Positions 24,570 through 37,984 of a stretch of 64,000 bases of DNA are shown here, piece after piece. The position numbers and the translations under genes were made by a program. Origin of the DNA: Octopus sinensis (lineage: Eukaryota); NCBI RefSeq assembly GCF_006345805.1, contig NC_043007.1, forward strand, positions 51,708,001 through 51,772,000, read 5' to 3'. Within the stretch, counting starts at the first letter, position 1, and the number at the start of each line of letters is the position of its first letter. The notes under the pieces are model-generated. The model did no database searches. It had not been told where the DNA came from and saw nothing but the letters and a program-made list of their open reading frames with translations.

Positions 24570-27430
24570 TCATAGGATTATGCTCAAGGTGGCTTCGTCA
24601 TTCATACGTGCCATCCTTGCTACATTCACCCATCTTTTTTTAAAACATTCGCTAGACAAAACTTGCCTCTCTACTCACTCCTTTCAAGTGTGGTACTTGA
24701 AGAAGTTGATGAGAGATTGACCAGAGAGGAAAGTGTTTGTCTCCAACCCTTTCAGACGCGTCTACCAGATACATTCTTTCGCCATAGCCACAAGGATGAT
24801 GAAAATAGCTCTTCCTTCCCGTTTGAAGGAAGGAGGCGTGACAATATTGACGATAGACTCAGCTGATAAACCGACTCGTCCCACACGTGACAGCAGTTGT
24901 TCGACAGAAGCCCACAGGTCGGAAATTGTTGGACACTGCACGAGTGCGTGCAGAACGGTTTCGTCGCTCTGGCTGCATCTCGGGCAGGTCGGCCCCGTGT
25001 TTCTCGAGCCGTGTCTGTAGAGCTTATCCCGAACGGGTAGCGCTTCTCGGTAGCACTGCCAGGCCAGGGATCTCTGGAAGTTATCCATGGGCCCTGGCCC
25101 GAAAGTCGTCCCGAACAGGCGGATCAGGTACTCCTCGTCGACGTCAAGGTTCGCCCTGAGCTCGTCGTCGTACCTCCCCCCCACTAATCCCCTATAGAAT
25201 GCTTTAGTTGTGATGAAGTCACTCAAGGTCGACCCAGGACGACAGAGTTGCTTGAGAGCAACGCGACACTCGCGGTGCCATTCACCCTTCCTCGGCCTCT
25301 TTTTGCTCCACGACTGCAGTTCGGTCATGGAGACGAGCTGCGGGAAAGCGTGCCTCACAAACGGCGACCACACCTGTTCACCGTCGTCTACGAAGAGCCT
25401 GAGATGTCGCAGTATCAGCGCGTGTCTGCGCATCATCAACCACGGCATGCACAGTCTTCCTTTTAACGGGTGTTGACAGCAAATGGATCGCCTGACCATC
25501 GGGACGCATCCTTTCCACAAGAAGCGAAAGAGAATGCGTTCTAGTTTGGTGATGGTAGGGTCGGGACAAGGCACGACGGCCAGGCGGTAGTAGATGACTG
25601 ACGCGATGTACGTGTTCGCCACCTCCACCCGACCTTTTAGGGACAGTTTCTTCTCGGCCCATTGCCGGGCGAGAGTGACCACCCTACTCGTTATCTCGTT
25701 CCAGTTCTTCTCCACTTGGAGGTCCGGACCGAACCAGACCCCGAGCAACTTGACCGGGCCGTCGGTCCAGCGTCCCACGACGGAGGCGCTGGTGGACGGC
25801 ATGGGCTTGCTTCTCCAGGTGCCTAGTCGCAAGCCCACTGACTTTTCCCGGTTGATTTTCGCTCCTGTCACCGCTTCGTAGTTTTTCAATGTCTCGCCGA
25901 CCTGCTCGATGTGCTCGTGACTAGACACTATGACTGTGACGTCGTCCGCGTATGCAGTGTTACTGCTCCTCGGCTCACAAAACCAGGAATGCTCCCGTTT
26001 TGCTGCCAGTTGCAGTATAGCGCTGCCAAGACATCTCCAAACAAGTCTGGCATACAATTATAAAGCTCGTAGGGTAGACCATCCAAACCCGGTGATTTGT
26101 CCCTCGAGCATTCTGCTATCGCGTCCTGCACTTCCGCCGCCGTGATGGCACCTTCGCAGCACCCTGCCTCTCTTGTCGAGAGTTGTGGTAGGCTGTGTAG
26201 GTAGGCACTGAAGTCCAACCTACGTTCTTGCCCGCCACTCGTCCCGAAATGTCGGGCAAAATGCTGTTGAAAGGCCTCACACATTTTACTTGGCTCTAGC
26301 AATTCGCGCCCCTGTTCATCTACCAGAGACCGAATGGTGGCTTTGTTGCCTCTCTCGCGGCTCCAACACCTTCGTTCCTTAGAGCACGCATCCTAGCTCT
26401 GACAGCACACCCTTCGTGTTTGGCGTTGAAGTGTTGGTCGAGGGCCAACCTCGCCGCCAAAACGTCGGATGCGATGCCGCTTCTAATTGCCTCTGCTAGC
26501 TTCTTAACTAGCTCACCCTCTACTCTATTTCTATCTATGGCTAGTGCTTTGCTGTACCTAATCGTTTCTGCTTTTACTGCTCTCTTGAGGGCAAACCACC
26601 AATTTTTGTTGATGATGGCTCCCGTCAAAGCCCTCTTTACTAGTGTGCTAATCCGGTCTCTGAAAACCTGTCCCGATAGGAAAGACGCGTTTAGTTTCCA
26701 GTATCCGGGACCCTGCCTAAGTGTCTTACCTAAGTCTAGCATACATGTCACAAGTTTGTGATCCGTGTAGCTGACTATGTGGAATTGTGGACATCCTATG
26801 CTATCTCTATCTACTGTCGTACACAGTATCCTATCTAGATACGATCTCGACGACCCGATGCGGTTTTTGATCCATGTCCACGTTGGCGCATTCGGGTGGT
26901 CTAGTCGGAACCTGTCAGACAGTTGAAAACGTCTGAGCAGGTCTCTGAGGCATTTGCATCCCCGTCTATTCCTATCTCTACCCACGTAGTCTACATGCGT
27001 GTCCAAGGTAGCATTCCAATCCCCCACTAAGAGACGTTCCCAAGAATACTTCTAGACGTTGAAAGAAATCCGCCCGACCTGTTAAGGGCGGTGCGTAGAC
27101 TGATACGAGTCGAAAAGCGCACCCATTGCTGCCGTCGACATCCAGGACGACCAGTCTACCCTCCGGGTCTACGAATATTGTCTTTACTTTGAGATCCAGA
27201 CTCTTGCGAAAAAGTACCGCGGTGCCACTACCGCCCATTCTTCGCAGACAGGGGGAAAAATAAATGTTGAACTGTCCGCCAAACATGGTCTTTAGGGCCT
27301 GCAGATTGTGGAGTCTGGTCTCACTTATGGCTATGATTTCTAACTTATGTGACTTTATGTCATTTAAGAGGTACCCTTGTTTCCAAGGGGACCCCAAGCC
27401 ACGCGCATTTACACAACCAATCTTGATCAT
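24570..27430 (-). pseudogene. LINE ORF2 (APE endonuclease - RT - zinc finger), disrupted
   Basis: IGCVNARGL, ISETRL, GDWNA, SYLDRI, YTDH, KSPGLDGLPYELY, AYADDVT, KINREKS and CPRC..ETVLHALVQC motifs across frameshifted ORFs. Confidence 0.9.
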
Positions 27431-29503
27431 AATCCTAATGAATAGAATACAAGTGAAAGGAACAGAGGGTTACTACTGCTCGAAAGTTTTTGCTTTCTCC
27501 TCCTTTGGTTTGTCCTCGAGGAGATCCCAGTACAGTTTCTTTGTGAGATATTTTTGGCATTTACCAACCGCACTGGGGAAAAGCCTTTGAGTGTGTGGTG
27601 CTGACTTTTGGAGATGTGTAATATTTTGATGTGGTCTGGTGGTGTTGTGTATGGGTGATTGTTTGTTTTTATGTCATCTTCTGTTATGTTTGTTTTTGAT
27701 TTGATGTATTCCATCAAATTTGTGTTTTTGGTGTCTATAGCTGTGAGCATGTTTGCTGTATATGTTTTTTTGGGGTGTTGGTGTGGCTGTTGTTTGTGTT
27801 GGGTTTTGAAATGTCTTCGGGAGATGTATTTCCCCCTGCTTTGTTGTGTGTTTGCATTTGGTTTGGTTGTGTTTCTGCTCTTTATTTTCCTTCTTTTGTA
27901 GCTATTTGCCATCCTCACTGTTTCGTCTTCCGACGAAATTTCTGAGGAATCAGTAGAGGGTAGGGGTATGGTGTAGCTTCTATGTATGTCTGTGTAAGTG
28001 GTTGTGCTGTTGTTTTCGTTGCTGTTGGTTGTTGAGTGTTTGTGTGTGGTGAGTGCGGTATAAGGGATGGGAAATCAGTTTTTGTGTATTTTCTTTGTTT
28101 TTCTGTTCCTTTGGTTCTTGCTGTTGTTGGTGGTGTTGGTATTTTCTCAGGTGTTGAGTAATTTTTGGTTGTTAACGGATTAGCTTGGTGTGCTTCTCTT
28201 GTCGTCTTCTGTGTTGATGGTGATGTGGGTAGTAGAGCTTTTTTTCCGGAGTGTTTTGGTTGTGGTAGTGGTTGTTGTTGTTGCTCTTCGTGTGCAGTGG
28301 TTGGGCACGTCTTTTTCAAGTGTGTTTCGCTTCCACACAAATAGCAGCGTGGTCCCCTGCCCTCTACCACTACATAAAGTTTGTAGCCTCCTGGCATTTC
28401 TATAGTGGTGGGTATCTTTTCTCTTGCTGTTTCATCCAATTGAAGAAGGAATTGGATTGATTTTCCCACATAGTCTTTCTCTCCTAGAACAGCGATTTCA
28501 AGGATGTTTGTCTCTGCCATTGTCTCTGCCATTTCAAAGCAGATGGCAGAGACTAACCATTGTGTTTCGACTTCAGGGGGTACATTTTTTATTTGGACTT
28601 TCGTGACTCTCTGGTTTAAATAGATTGGTACCATTACCATGTCGTTTGAATGCAGCTCCAATGTGTACAAGGGTTGATGGGTGATGGGCAGTAGTGGAGT
28701 GGAAAAGACTTGCTTTTTTTTATATTTTTGATCTTCTTTCCTGGTTTATTTTCTATGTTTTCGATGCTAAATTTTCGTTGAGGAAACGTACTTGGACTGT
28801 ACCAAATTTATTTCCCCAACTGATATACTCCTTGGAGTCCCATGCAGGACGAATGCATTTTTCAATTTTTCCTGCGGTGAATTTTCTGGTCGTCTTGTTT
28901 TCTTGTTTATTACTTTGTAGATTATTGTTTTTTGTGTGTTTTCCACGATGTGTTGTGGAATGTGAAGATGCAATTTGTTTCCTCATTTGGTGAAGAGTGC
29001 TTTTGTGAGGTTTATTTCCTGTGTGGTGAATTTTACGATTGTTCGTTTTTGTTTTGTCGCATCCGCGAAATTCGTTTTAATTTTGGCGGTGTTAGCAGCA
29101 GAAAGGTTAGTTGTAGCAGTTGAAGTCGTGGTAGTGGTGTTGGTGTTGGCGGTGTTTCCTTTGGTAGGCGGCTTTGTGCCGATTTCGTTGTTGTTGGTGG
29201 TGGTGGTGATGGTGGTGGTGCTGGCATTCATGTTTTCGTCTGTATTCGTTTTTGAAATCCCTTTCTCCGTCCTTTTATCATCGACAAGTGGTGTAGGGAG
29301 TGGGGGGAAATCTAAGTTAATGTCTTTGGTTGCGGCGATGGTGAATGGTCTTGCGACGTTAGTTTTGTTGTGTTGTTGTTGGTGGTGGTGGTGATGGTGA
29401 CAGCGGTGTTCAAGCAGTGAGGTTTAGTAGCTAGTGGTAGCAATAGTGTTTCGCTACCGTTCCGCATGACTGGCGGGCTAGCCACGTGGTTTCTAGTTGC
29501 CAT
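27427..29503 (-). pseudogene. LINE ORF1 (RRM-like + CCHC zinc knuckle), disrupted
   Basis: ATG at 29503; KVQIKNVPPE and CYLCGSETHLKKTC (CX2CX4HX4C); Thr/Pro-rich low-complexity termini; frameshifts. Confidence 0.8.
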
Positions 29504-29726
29504 TTTCAAAATGAAAAATGGCTAAAAGGAACCCACGAAAGTTTTGAAAGTTTTTGGTAATTTCGCCCATACAGGAGCGGAATTCTACGTGAATAATTCT
29601 CAGGTTTTTTAGTGAATGAACTTGCACAATGATTAAAACAAAATATTTGACAACAAGGAGTTTTAAACATGTAAAAGTGGCCAACTTACGTGTAGCCGAT
29701 TTGACTAGCGTCTGTCCATATCGAGA

Positions 29727-29729
29727 GAT

Positions 29730-29810
<81 letters not shown>

Positions 29811-29881
29811 CGATAGATAGATAGGTAGGTAGGTAGGATAGATAGATAGATGATAGATAGATAGATAGATAGATAGATGAG

Positions 29882-29937
<56 letters not shown>
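29727..29937. repeat. (GATA)n microsatellite, 5' flank of the Tx1-like LINE
   Basis: Direct reading; same orientation as 24046-24132. Confidence 0.95.
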
Positions 29938-30469
29938 TGTATCATAAGCAGCAGTACCGTTTTTTGCTCGTCAAATCCAGCAAATAGATGAGGACACTTT
30001 TGAACATAATGGTTACAACATTGTTCCGCTGGGTGCATTGGAACTGTATGCATATAAGCAACCTATACTGGTTTCATGATATGTGACGTTTGATAGATGC
30101 ACAGTCCAAATTTTAAAAAGTGTAATCTGATCTCAGACAGCAAGCGAGATCATTTCTGGACCCTCTAACACGTAGAGCTTCAATACTACTGTTTTCGAAT
30201 ATCAAACTTCACTATTTCATGGGCAATGCCAATTTTTTCATATCGCAGTGTTTTGTTCCACGTTTATAGACCGCCGTTCACTTTTATTGAATTGAAATGT
30301 TCCCAATGAACAGTGCTGATGTTGTGCAGTGGCTTAAAGGATCTTCTTAATGATGGCATGGAAACTGTAGTTTATGCTAGAGACCTGCTCAAGAATTAAT
30401 TCTCCTAAACGCTTAGATACATACAACCACCCACACACATACATACATATACACACAGACATTTTATAT

Positions 30470-30513
<44 letters not shown>

Positions 30514-31845
30514 AAAAATGTGTGTGTGTGTTTGTGTTATATCATTAGGCAAATAACAAAATCTTTTGTATTATCTGCAGTGAATGTTATTTGTTGTTAT
30601 TTCATTAAACCCAGAGAGGTATGTAGTAATGTCGACTTAGCTGAAAACTTCAAAACGTGAATGGATTTACTGTAAGGTATTTTCACTGTTAGCATACCTC
30701 TGAAAAATTAATTACAGTTTTGCCTTTTCATCGTCAAAGAATATCCAACGTAGAAATATTTCGGTTATACAAGCATCGTTCACTGCAAAATAGAATCAAA
30801 ATATTGAATAGTTTTCCAGACAGCATTGATTGTTGACAATAGAATTTTTAATAGAGATGGGGCTTCCACGTAATCTCTCAACACGGAGAACATAACAGCC
30901 AAAATCTCACTCAGAATACACACTACCGTCTTAAATAAAAAGGAAAGAGACATTAGAGAGTCTACAGCTAGATATACATGAAGGGGAGTCATCGCTGGAG
31001 TTCTGTTTATCATGGGGCTACACAATTGGGGATTGCTGGGGCTAACAACCGAAGTACAAGGAGGGAGAGTTTGGTGTATTGTATAATTAATCATATCAAC
31101 TGCAGTGCTTCATTGATAAAATATATTAATATGGTAATAATAACCCTGAGCAAGTCAGCCGTCCCGGGATTTAAACAGGGAAGATAAATTGATGTAACCT
31201 CTTCTGTTTATAAATACATTTTTAACACAACTGGAAATATGTGTAAAATCAATAAGTACAACATAGGTCCTGTGCGCAGTCGAGTATATCACCCAGTCTG
31301 AAGTATATAAAAGCGATGAATAAACAATCCATTAGCTTTGCAAAGAAGCTACCAAGTTGAATAAAATTCAAATTATGCAACAAAAACAGCTCTAGATTAA
31401 GATCTTTATCTGTATGGCATATTTTGGCTACTTTGTGTTGGAGGTGACCTGAGTGCTTAGCAGTCGAATTGTTCATGTCAGTCGCGCAGTCCTTCTAGGA
31501 TGATATTCTGTCTATTTCTGAAGTTTATCGTGTGTTTAACATACTACATCTATAAAGGGGTCTTTTTCATAGATGACAACGTTAAATATGTCATATAGAT
31601 AAACATTTTAATCTAAAGTTAGTTCTATTGCATAATTTGAATTTTACTCAGCTTAGTAGCATCTTTCCACAGATTGACAGACAGTCAAATGTGCGTTTGT
31701 CACTCTTGCAGCCGTTTCGTCACGCTTAAAAGCATATTGTGCTTTTAACACACTACGTCTATAACGGGATCTTTCCAGAGACGACCGCAACTCCTGGACT
31801 TTTCGACAATATACACATGTAAATTATGTCATTATAGATAAAGAT

Positions 31846-31936
<91 letters not shown>

Positions 31937-32218
31937 GATAATATTTTGTGGCAAATTAATACAATGTTGTATACAAGCTTAGACTGGTGCGTCTGCATTG
32001 ATTGTGTGGATGTTTGAGTTTATAGATTTACAAATATATGTTATATTGCCTTTATGTTTTGTATGCGTGTTTCTATGTATTCATATTTATGTATATCAAT
32101 TCATGTGCATATCATTGTGTAAGCAAGTAGATATTTGTGAGTACTTGGTGTGTATTACTAAATATTTTTATTTCTATACACGTGTGTATGGTAAGTGTGT
32201 GTGTGTATGTGTGTGTGT

Positions 32219-32269
<51 letters not shown>

Positions 32270-32734
32270 ACGGAGCGTATATGAATAAACATCTTCCACA
32301 GATTGACATCGTTTTAAAGAATCAAAAAATTCTACGTACACATTTTGGGAAAGTATATATTTGGCACCATCAAACCTACAGGAATATTTACGATTCATGC
32401 CATCAATGCTAATTCCATAGTTCTAATGGACAATATATAGTTCCTCGTTTTTGAAGATGTTGGTGTGTAGGAGGGTGGGGATACTCGGTTTTTGCATAAA
32501 ACAAATTTGTATTTCAGCATTTCCGCAATTGGAAGCATCACTCTCCTTCCCTCACTCCCACCGCGCACTTTCTCTCTCCCTTTCTCTCTCACTTTCTCTC
32601 CCTCCCTCCCTCTCTCTTTCTCCCTCCCTCTCTCTCTCTCTCACTCTCTCTTTGGGCATGAGTGGGGACGTTCTTTCTGCCTTTCTCTCTCTACCTATAA
32701 ATAAAAACATATATTCTTTTATTCTTTTACTTGT

Positions 32735-32930
32735 TTCAGTCATTTTATTGCAGTCACGCTGGAGCAACGCCTTACACTGTATTTGTAAAACAATTCGACC
32801 CCAGGATTTATTTTTAAGCCTACTACCTATTATATCGGGCTCTTTGCCGAAGCGCTAAGTTACGGAGGCGTAAATACACAAACACCTGTTGTCAAGCGAT
32901 GATGGAGGTAGAAATATAGACACAAGGACA
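32735..32930 (-). mobile_element. SINE 3' half (abundant family)
   Basis: ttacttgtttcagtcatt...gctggagca...ttgccgaa.cgctaagttacgg...gttgtcaagcgatg. Confidence 0.7.
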
Positions 32931-34350
32931 CACACACATATATATATGTGTATGTCTGTGTGTATGTATGTCCGTATGAGTGTATGTAAGTATGTGTGTG
33001 TATATGTGTATTGTGTATGTGTGTATGTGTGTGTGCGTGTATGTATGTGTGTATGTATGTATGTATGTGCGTGTATGTGTGTATGTGTGTATGTATGTGT
33101 GTATGTGTGGAAGTGTGTGTATGTATGTATGTGTATGTATGTATGTGTGCATGCTTGTATGTGTGTGTGTATGTATGTATCTATGTATGTATGTATGTAT
33201 GTGTGCATGCGTGTATGTGTGTGTATGTACGTATGTATACATGCATGTGCGTATGTATGTGTGTGTATGCATGTGTGTATGTATATGTGTATGTGCGCAT
33301 ATGTGTGTGTATGTGTTGTGTGTGTATGTATGTGTGTATGTATGTGTGTGTGTCTGTGTATGTTTGTGTGTGTGTATGTATGTATGTATGTATGTATGTA
33401 TGAATGAAAGTATGAATGTATGTATGTATGTGTGTGTACGTGTGTGTGTGTGTGTGTGTGTGAATGTATGCGTGTGTGCGTGGGGTTTCCTCTAGAGTTG
33501 TGTGGGCGTAATGTATGTATGCGTGTGTGTGTGTATGTGGGTGTGTATGCATGTATGTGTGTATATGTATGTATGTATGTGTGAATGTATAGGTGTATGT
33601 CTGTATGTATGTATGTCTTGTGTATGTATGTATGTGTGTGTGTATGTGTGTGTATGTGTGTATGTGTGTAGGTATGTATGTGTGTGTGTATGTGTGTATG
33701 TGTGTATGTATGTATGTGTGTATGTGTGTAAGTGTGTGTGCGTGTATGTATGTAGGTATGTATGCGTGCGCGCGTGCATGCATGCATGTATGTGTGTATG
33801 TATGTATACACACACACACGAATGCACACACACACAACACACAAACATACAACGCACGCATATGGGGCGGGCCGCAGCCAAGGCGCGCGCACGCCCGCGG
33901 ACTCACAGTCACCCACACCAAAAATACCGAACTCCATCAATCCCTCAACTAAAAAGCGTGCGCCTGGATACAAATATATGTATGTGTGTGTGCAGGCATC
34001 TATGTATGTGTGTGTACGTATGTATGTGTGTGTGTGAATGTATGCGTGTGTGCGTGGGGGTTGTGTGGGCGTAATGTACATGCGCGTGACGTGCGTGTAT
34101 GTGTGTGTGTGTCTCTACTGGGTGTTTATAAGGGTGTGCGTATCTGTATGGGTATTGTTTTGTTGGTGTGTGTGCACGGGCATGTGTGTGTGCGCGTGGG
34201 TATGTGTGGGGGGGTGTATAGGTGTGGAAGTATGTGTGCGTACAAGAAGGTTGTATGTGTGTGGTATGTTGGAGGTAGGTGTGTTGGAAGTAGGTATGTG
34301 GAGGGTGTTCGTGGATACGTGGGTATGCGTGTGTGTGTTTCTGTATAAGG
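32931..34350. repeat. Complex (TG/TATG)n cryptic microsatellite tract
   Basis: Direct reading; source of the long spurious His/Thr and Cys/Val/Met ORFs. Confidence 0.9.
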
Positions 34351-34394
34351 ATTTTTTTAAAAAAAGGAGAGGGGGAGAAAGAGAGGTGGAGCGC

Positions 34395-35460
34395 AGACAC
34401 TAAGAGGAGGGGGCTGTGTTGAGTCCGTGTGGGGTATTGCTTTGTAGAGTGAAGATGAAGCGTTGCTCCAAGTGGAGCCTGGATTGTGGAAGACCGTTGT
34501 GTGGGGCGAGACCAAACACTGAGATATCATCGGGGGAATGGCTGGCCGAGCGGAAGTGACGTGCGACGGGAGAAAAGGACCGTAGGCGAACATCCCTTAG
34601 ATGTTCGGCGAATCGGTCTGACAAACGGCGTCCCGTCTGTCCTATATACAGCATTCCGCAGAGGTTGCATTTAATACAGTATATGAGGCAAGACGAAGTG
34701 CACGTAAAAGAATGTCTGATACGTACAGTTCGCTGGTTGGAGCCGGTGACAGCAGTGGTGTTGGTGATGAAGGGGCAGGTGTTGCAGCGGGATCTAGAGC
34801 ACGGGAATGATCCGTGTGGGGCTGAGGGGGAAGGAGAGAGGGTGCTATAGACCAGGAGGTCGCGTAGATTCCGGGCTCGTTTGAAGGAGGACAAGGGTGG
34901 GTTGGGGAAAATGGGGCGGGTCGTGGGATCGAAATGGAAGCGACGGAAGGCACGTAGTATCTTCCGACGAAGAGGTAGAGTAGAGGGGTGGAAAAGGAGG
35001 GGAAAGGGGGTGCGGTTGGATGTGGGTGAGAGGAAGGAGAAAGGGCGGTGGTGCGGTCGATGCGACGGGCGCGGGCGAGGGCATTTGAGATTAGTGTAGG
35101 TGGGTATCCTCGGTGCCTGAACAGGCGGGCCAGGTACTGAGATTGGGTTTCGAAATCCTGGTCGCGGCTGCACAAGCGTCGGAGGCGGAGGAACTGGGAG
35201 TAGGGGATGGCCCGTTTTGGTGTGGAAGGGGTGGGAGGAGAAGTTGAGATAGAGGTGGGAATCCTTGGGTTTAAAGAAGGCGGAGGTGGTGAGAGAGTGG
35301 GAGGGGTGGTCGATGCTGAGAGAGATATCAAGGAAGTTGACAGAGGTGTTGGAGATGGTTGAAGTGAATTGTAGAGAGGAGTGGAAGTTGGAGAGGAAAG
35401 AGATGAATTGGCAGAGAAGTTCGCAGGAATGGGAGGTGGCGCCTATGCAGTCGTCTATAT
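34395..35460 (-). mobile_element. Penelope-like element, 5'-truncated (RT C-terminal half + GIY-YIG)
   Basis: YIDDCIGATS..VNFLDI, AIPYSQFLRLRRLCS, RGYP, CSRSRCNTC, IYCIKCNLCGMLYIGQTGRRLSDRFAEH. Confidence 0.92.
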
Positions 35461-35471
35461 ATATATATATA

Positions 35472-35511
<40 letters not shown>

Positions 35512-35520
35512 TATATATAT

Positions 35521-35581
<61 letters not shown>

Positions 35582-35607
35582 ATAGTCGTCATATATATAT
35601 GCAGTCG

Positions 35608-35640
<33 letters not shown>

Positions 35641-35656
<16 letters not shown>

Positions 35657-35855
35657 ATCCAAGAAAGCACAAAAAAACACAACAACGCGAGGACGTGGAA
35701 CAAATATAGTATTATTGGACGCTCAGTAAAGAAGGAAAGAAGGAGGGATTAACGTTTCGAGCGGAGCTCTCGTCTGAAACATAGGAGAAGGAAAGATCCA
35801 GAGAAGGGAAGACAGAGGGAAAAAAATCGCCAACGGTACACACGAGGTCACCGTA
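35641..35855 (-). mobile_element. pLTR-like repeat (same family as ~22018-22210) with degenerate HHR (CAGACGA core)
   Basis: Shared gttaatccaa..aacaac.cgaggac..gacgctcag..aacgtttcgag..gagctc..gtc..gatcca..aatcgccaacgg. Confidence 0.65.
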
Positions 35856-36051
35856 TATACACATATACGACGGGCTTTTTCAGTTCCGGTATACCAAATC
35901 CACTCATAAGGCTTTCATTGGCTCGAGGCTATAGTAGAAGACACTTGTTCAAGGTACCACGCAGTGGGATTGAACCCAGAACTATGTGGCTGTAAAGCAT
36001 GCTTCTTACCTAACAGACACGCCTGCGCTTATATATATATATACTTTAAAT

Positions 36052-36259
36052 AATTAGGGTTCAGCAAAAAAATTTACTTTACCACACACCGAACTTTTAG
36101 AAATAGCAGCCAAAGAGTTTAGCTATTTCTCCTACTATAAGAAGAGTCTCTCCAGACAATGTAGACTCTTCTTATAGTAGGAGAAATAGCTAAATTCTTT
36201 GGCTGCTATTTCTAAAAGTTCGGTGTGTGGTAAAGTAAATTTTTTGCTGAACCCTAATT
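36052..36259. repeat. ~98-bp-arm inverted repeat, 13-nt loop
   Basis: 36052-36149 vs 36163-36259; one substitution and one homopolymer indel seen. Confidence 0.9.
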
Positions 36260-36442
36260 GTATAAATTAATGTTTAAATATACCGTAAATGGTCCTTTTA
36301 CATACTAAACACTGCTTGGTAAAATTATTAATTACTAATTAATTAATTTTACCCTTGTTATTATTGACTATATATATATATATATATATACATACATACA
36401 TATATATATATATATAACCACATTTGATAAATCTATCGAAGA

Positions 36443-36501
36443 TGGCGCTGATGAAAGACGTGAAGTATTTTCTTACTTCTGATCTAGAAACATGTTCGCT
36501 A
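36443..36501 (+). ncRNA. Type I hammerhead fold, intact core
   Basis: TGGCG-CTGATGA-(AGA..GAAGTA/TACTTC..TCT)-GAAAC-AT-GTT^-CGCTA; palindromic ACATGT stem III. Confidence 0.65.
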
Positions 36502-36680
36502 TTAACGGTAAGGCATTGTTTTCGTTATTTATTCCTCCTATTTTGCATATGTGAATTGCAGGGTTATGTCGTATGTGGAGCCCCACTTGTAGAAAATAGA
36601 AATAAACAGTCTCTGACTGCTATTTCTAATTCTTTCGGTATGCGGCAAAGCAACCTGTTGCCTGCCCTTCTACTTATATA

Positions 36681-36754
<74 letters not shown>

Positions 36755-36825
36755 ATACGACGGGCTTCTTTCAGTTTCCGTCTGCCATATTCACTCCCAA
36801 GGCTTCGGTCGGCTCGAGGCTATAG

Positions 36826-37196
<371 letters not shown>

Positions 37197-37206
37197 TATA
37201 TATATA

Positions 37207-37240
<34 letters not shown>

Positions 37241-37300
37241 GTACTAATCCATGATAGAAAATTCAACAGAAAAACACTACATCTGGTGAGAGATAAATAT

Positions 37301-37493
37301 TATTTAAAGGTCACAATCCACGTACTAAAGCGCTACAAATAGTTTTATATGTTGAGAAAACTCAAACATATTCTTCAGACGCAAACGACGTATCAGTTTT
37401 TTCACGTTTCTTCTATTTCTCAATTTCGTAAAGATATGTAGTTTGCACCTGAAGAATATGCTTGAGTTTTCTCAACATTGTGACCTTTAAATA
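37301..37493. repeat. Interrupted inverted repeat of a pLTR-like segment
   Basis: tatttaaaggtcacaat/attgtgacctttaaata plus atgttgagaaaactcaa.catattcttcag and its reverse complement. Confidence 0.75.
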
Positions 37494-37577
37494 AATAAAT
37501 CATGTGTGTGTGTGTGTGTGTGTATTTGTATGCACCTATTTTAATAGGTATATTAAAGATACGAAAGTAAACATATA

Positions 37578-37892
37578 GGCCCAGGCGTGGTTGTGTTTGC
37601 TTCCCAACAACTTGGTTCTGGGTTCATCCTCACTGCGTGGCTTTTTGGGCAAGTGCCTTCTACTACAACCTCGGCTGAGTGGATTTGGCAGACAGAAACT
37701 GAAAGAAGCCTCATCACCGTGTGACAACCGGTGTTGGTTTGTTTATGTCCCCGTAACTCAGTGATTTGACAAAAGAGAAGGATAGAATTAGTAACAGGCT
37801 TTATAAAAAATAAATACTAGCATCTATTCGTTTAGCTAAAATTCTTCAAGGCGGTGCCCCAGCATAGCCGCAGTCTGCTGACTGAAACAAGT
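37578..37892 (+). mobile_element. SINE (abundant family), near full length
   Basis: ggcccaggcgtggttgtg...gggttcatcc...gaaactgaaagaagcc...tcaaggcggtgccccagcatagccgcagtc..actgaaacaag. Confidence 0.75.
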
Positions 37893-37984
37893 GGAAAATA
37901 TTATTTGAATTTGGGAATATACACTTGTAATGAATATGTGTACTCATTGAAACGTTCTTTGAGATGTGTGTAAAGATCAATGTA

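Larger units (their letters stand above)
24133..29724 (-). mobile_element. Tx1/L1-clade non-LTR retrotransposon, both ends present, RT core deleted
   Basis: 5'UTR, ORF1 with CCHC knuckle, ORF2 APE endonuclease + partial RT + C-terminal zinc finger, 3'UTR with AATAAA, (TATC)n at both junctions. Confidence 0.9.

Noticed and set aside
30780-31187. Hydrophobic ORFs (30780-31094 minus; a GPCR-like stretch on plus)
   Set aside because: No convincing family motif, in-frame stops on plus, and no consistent splice-site pair.
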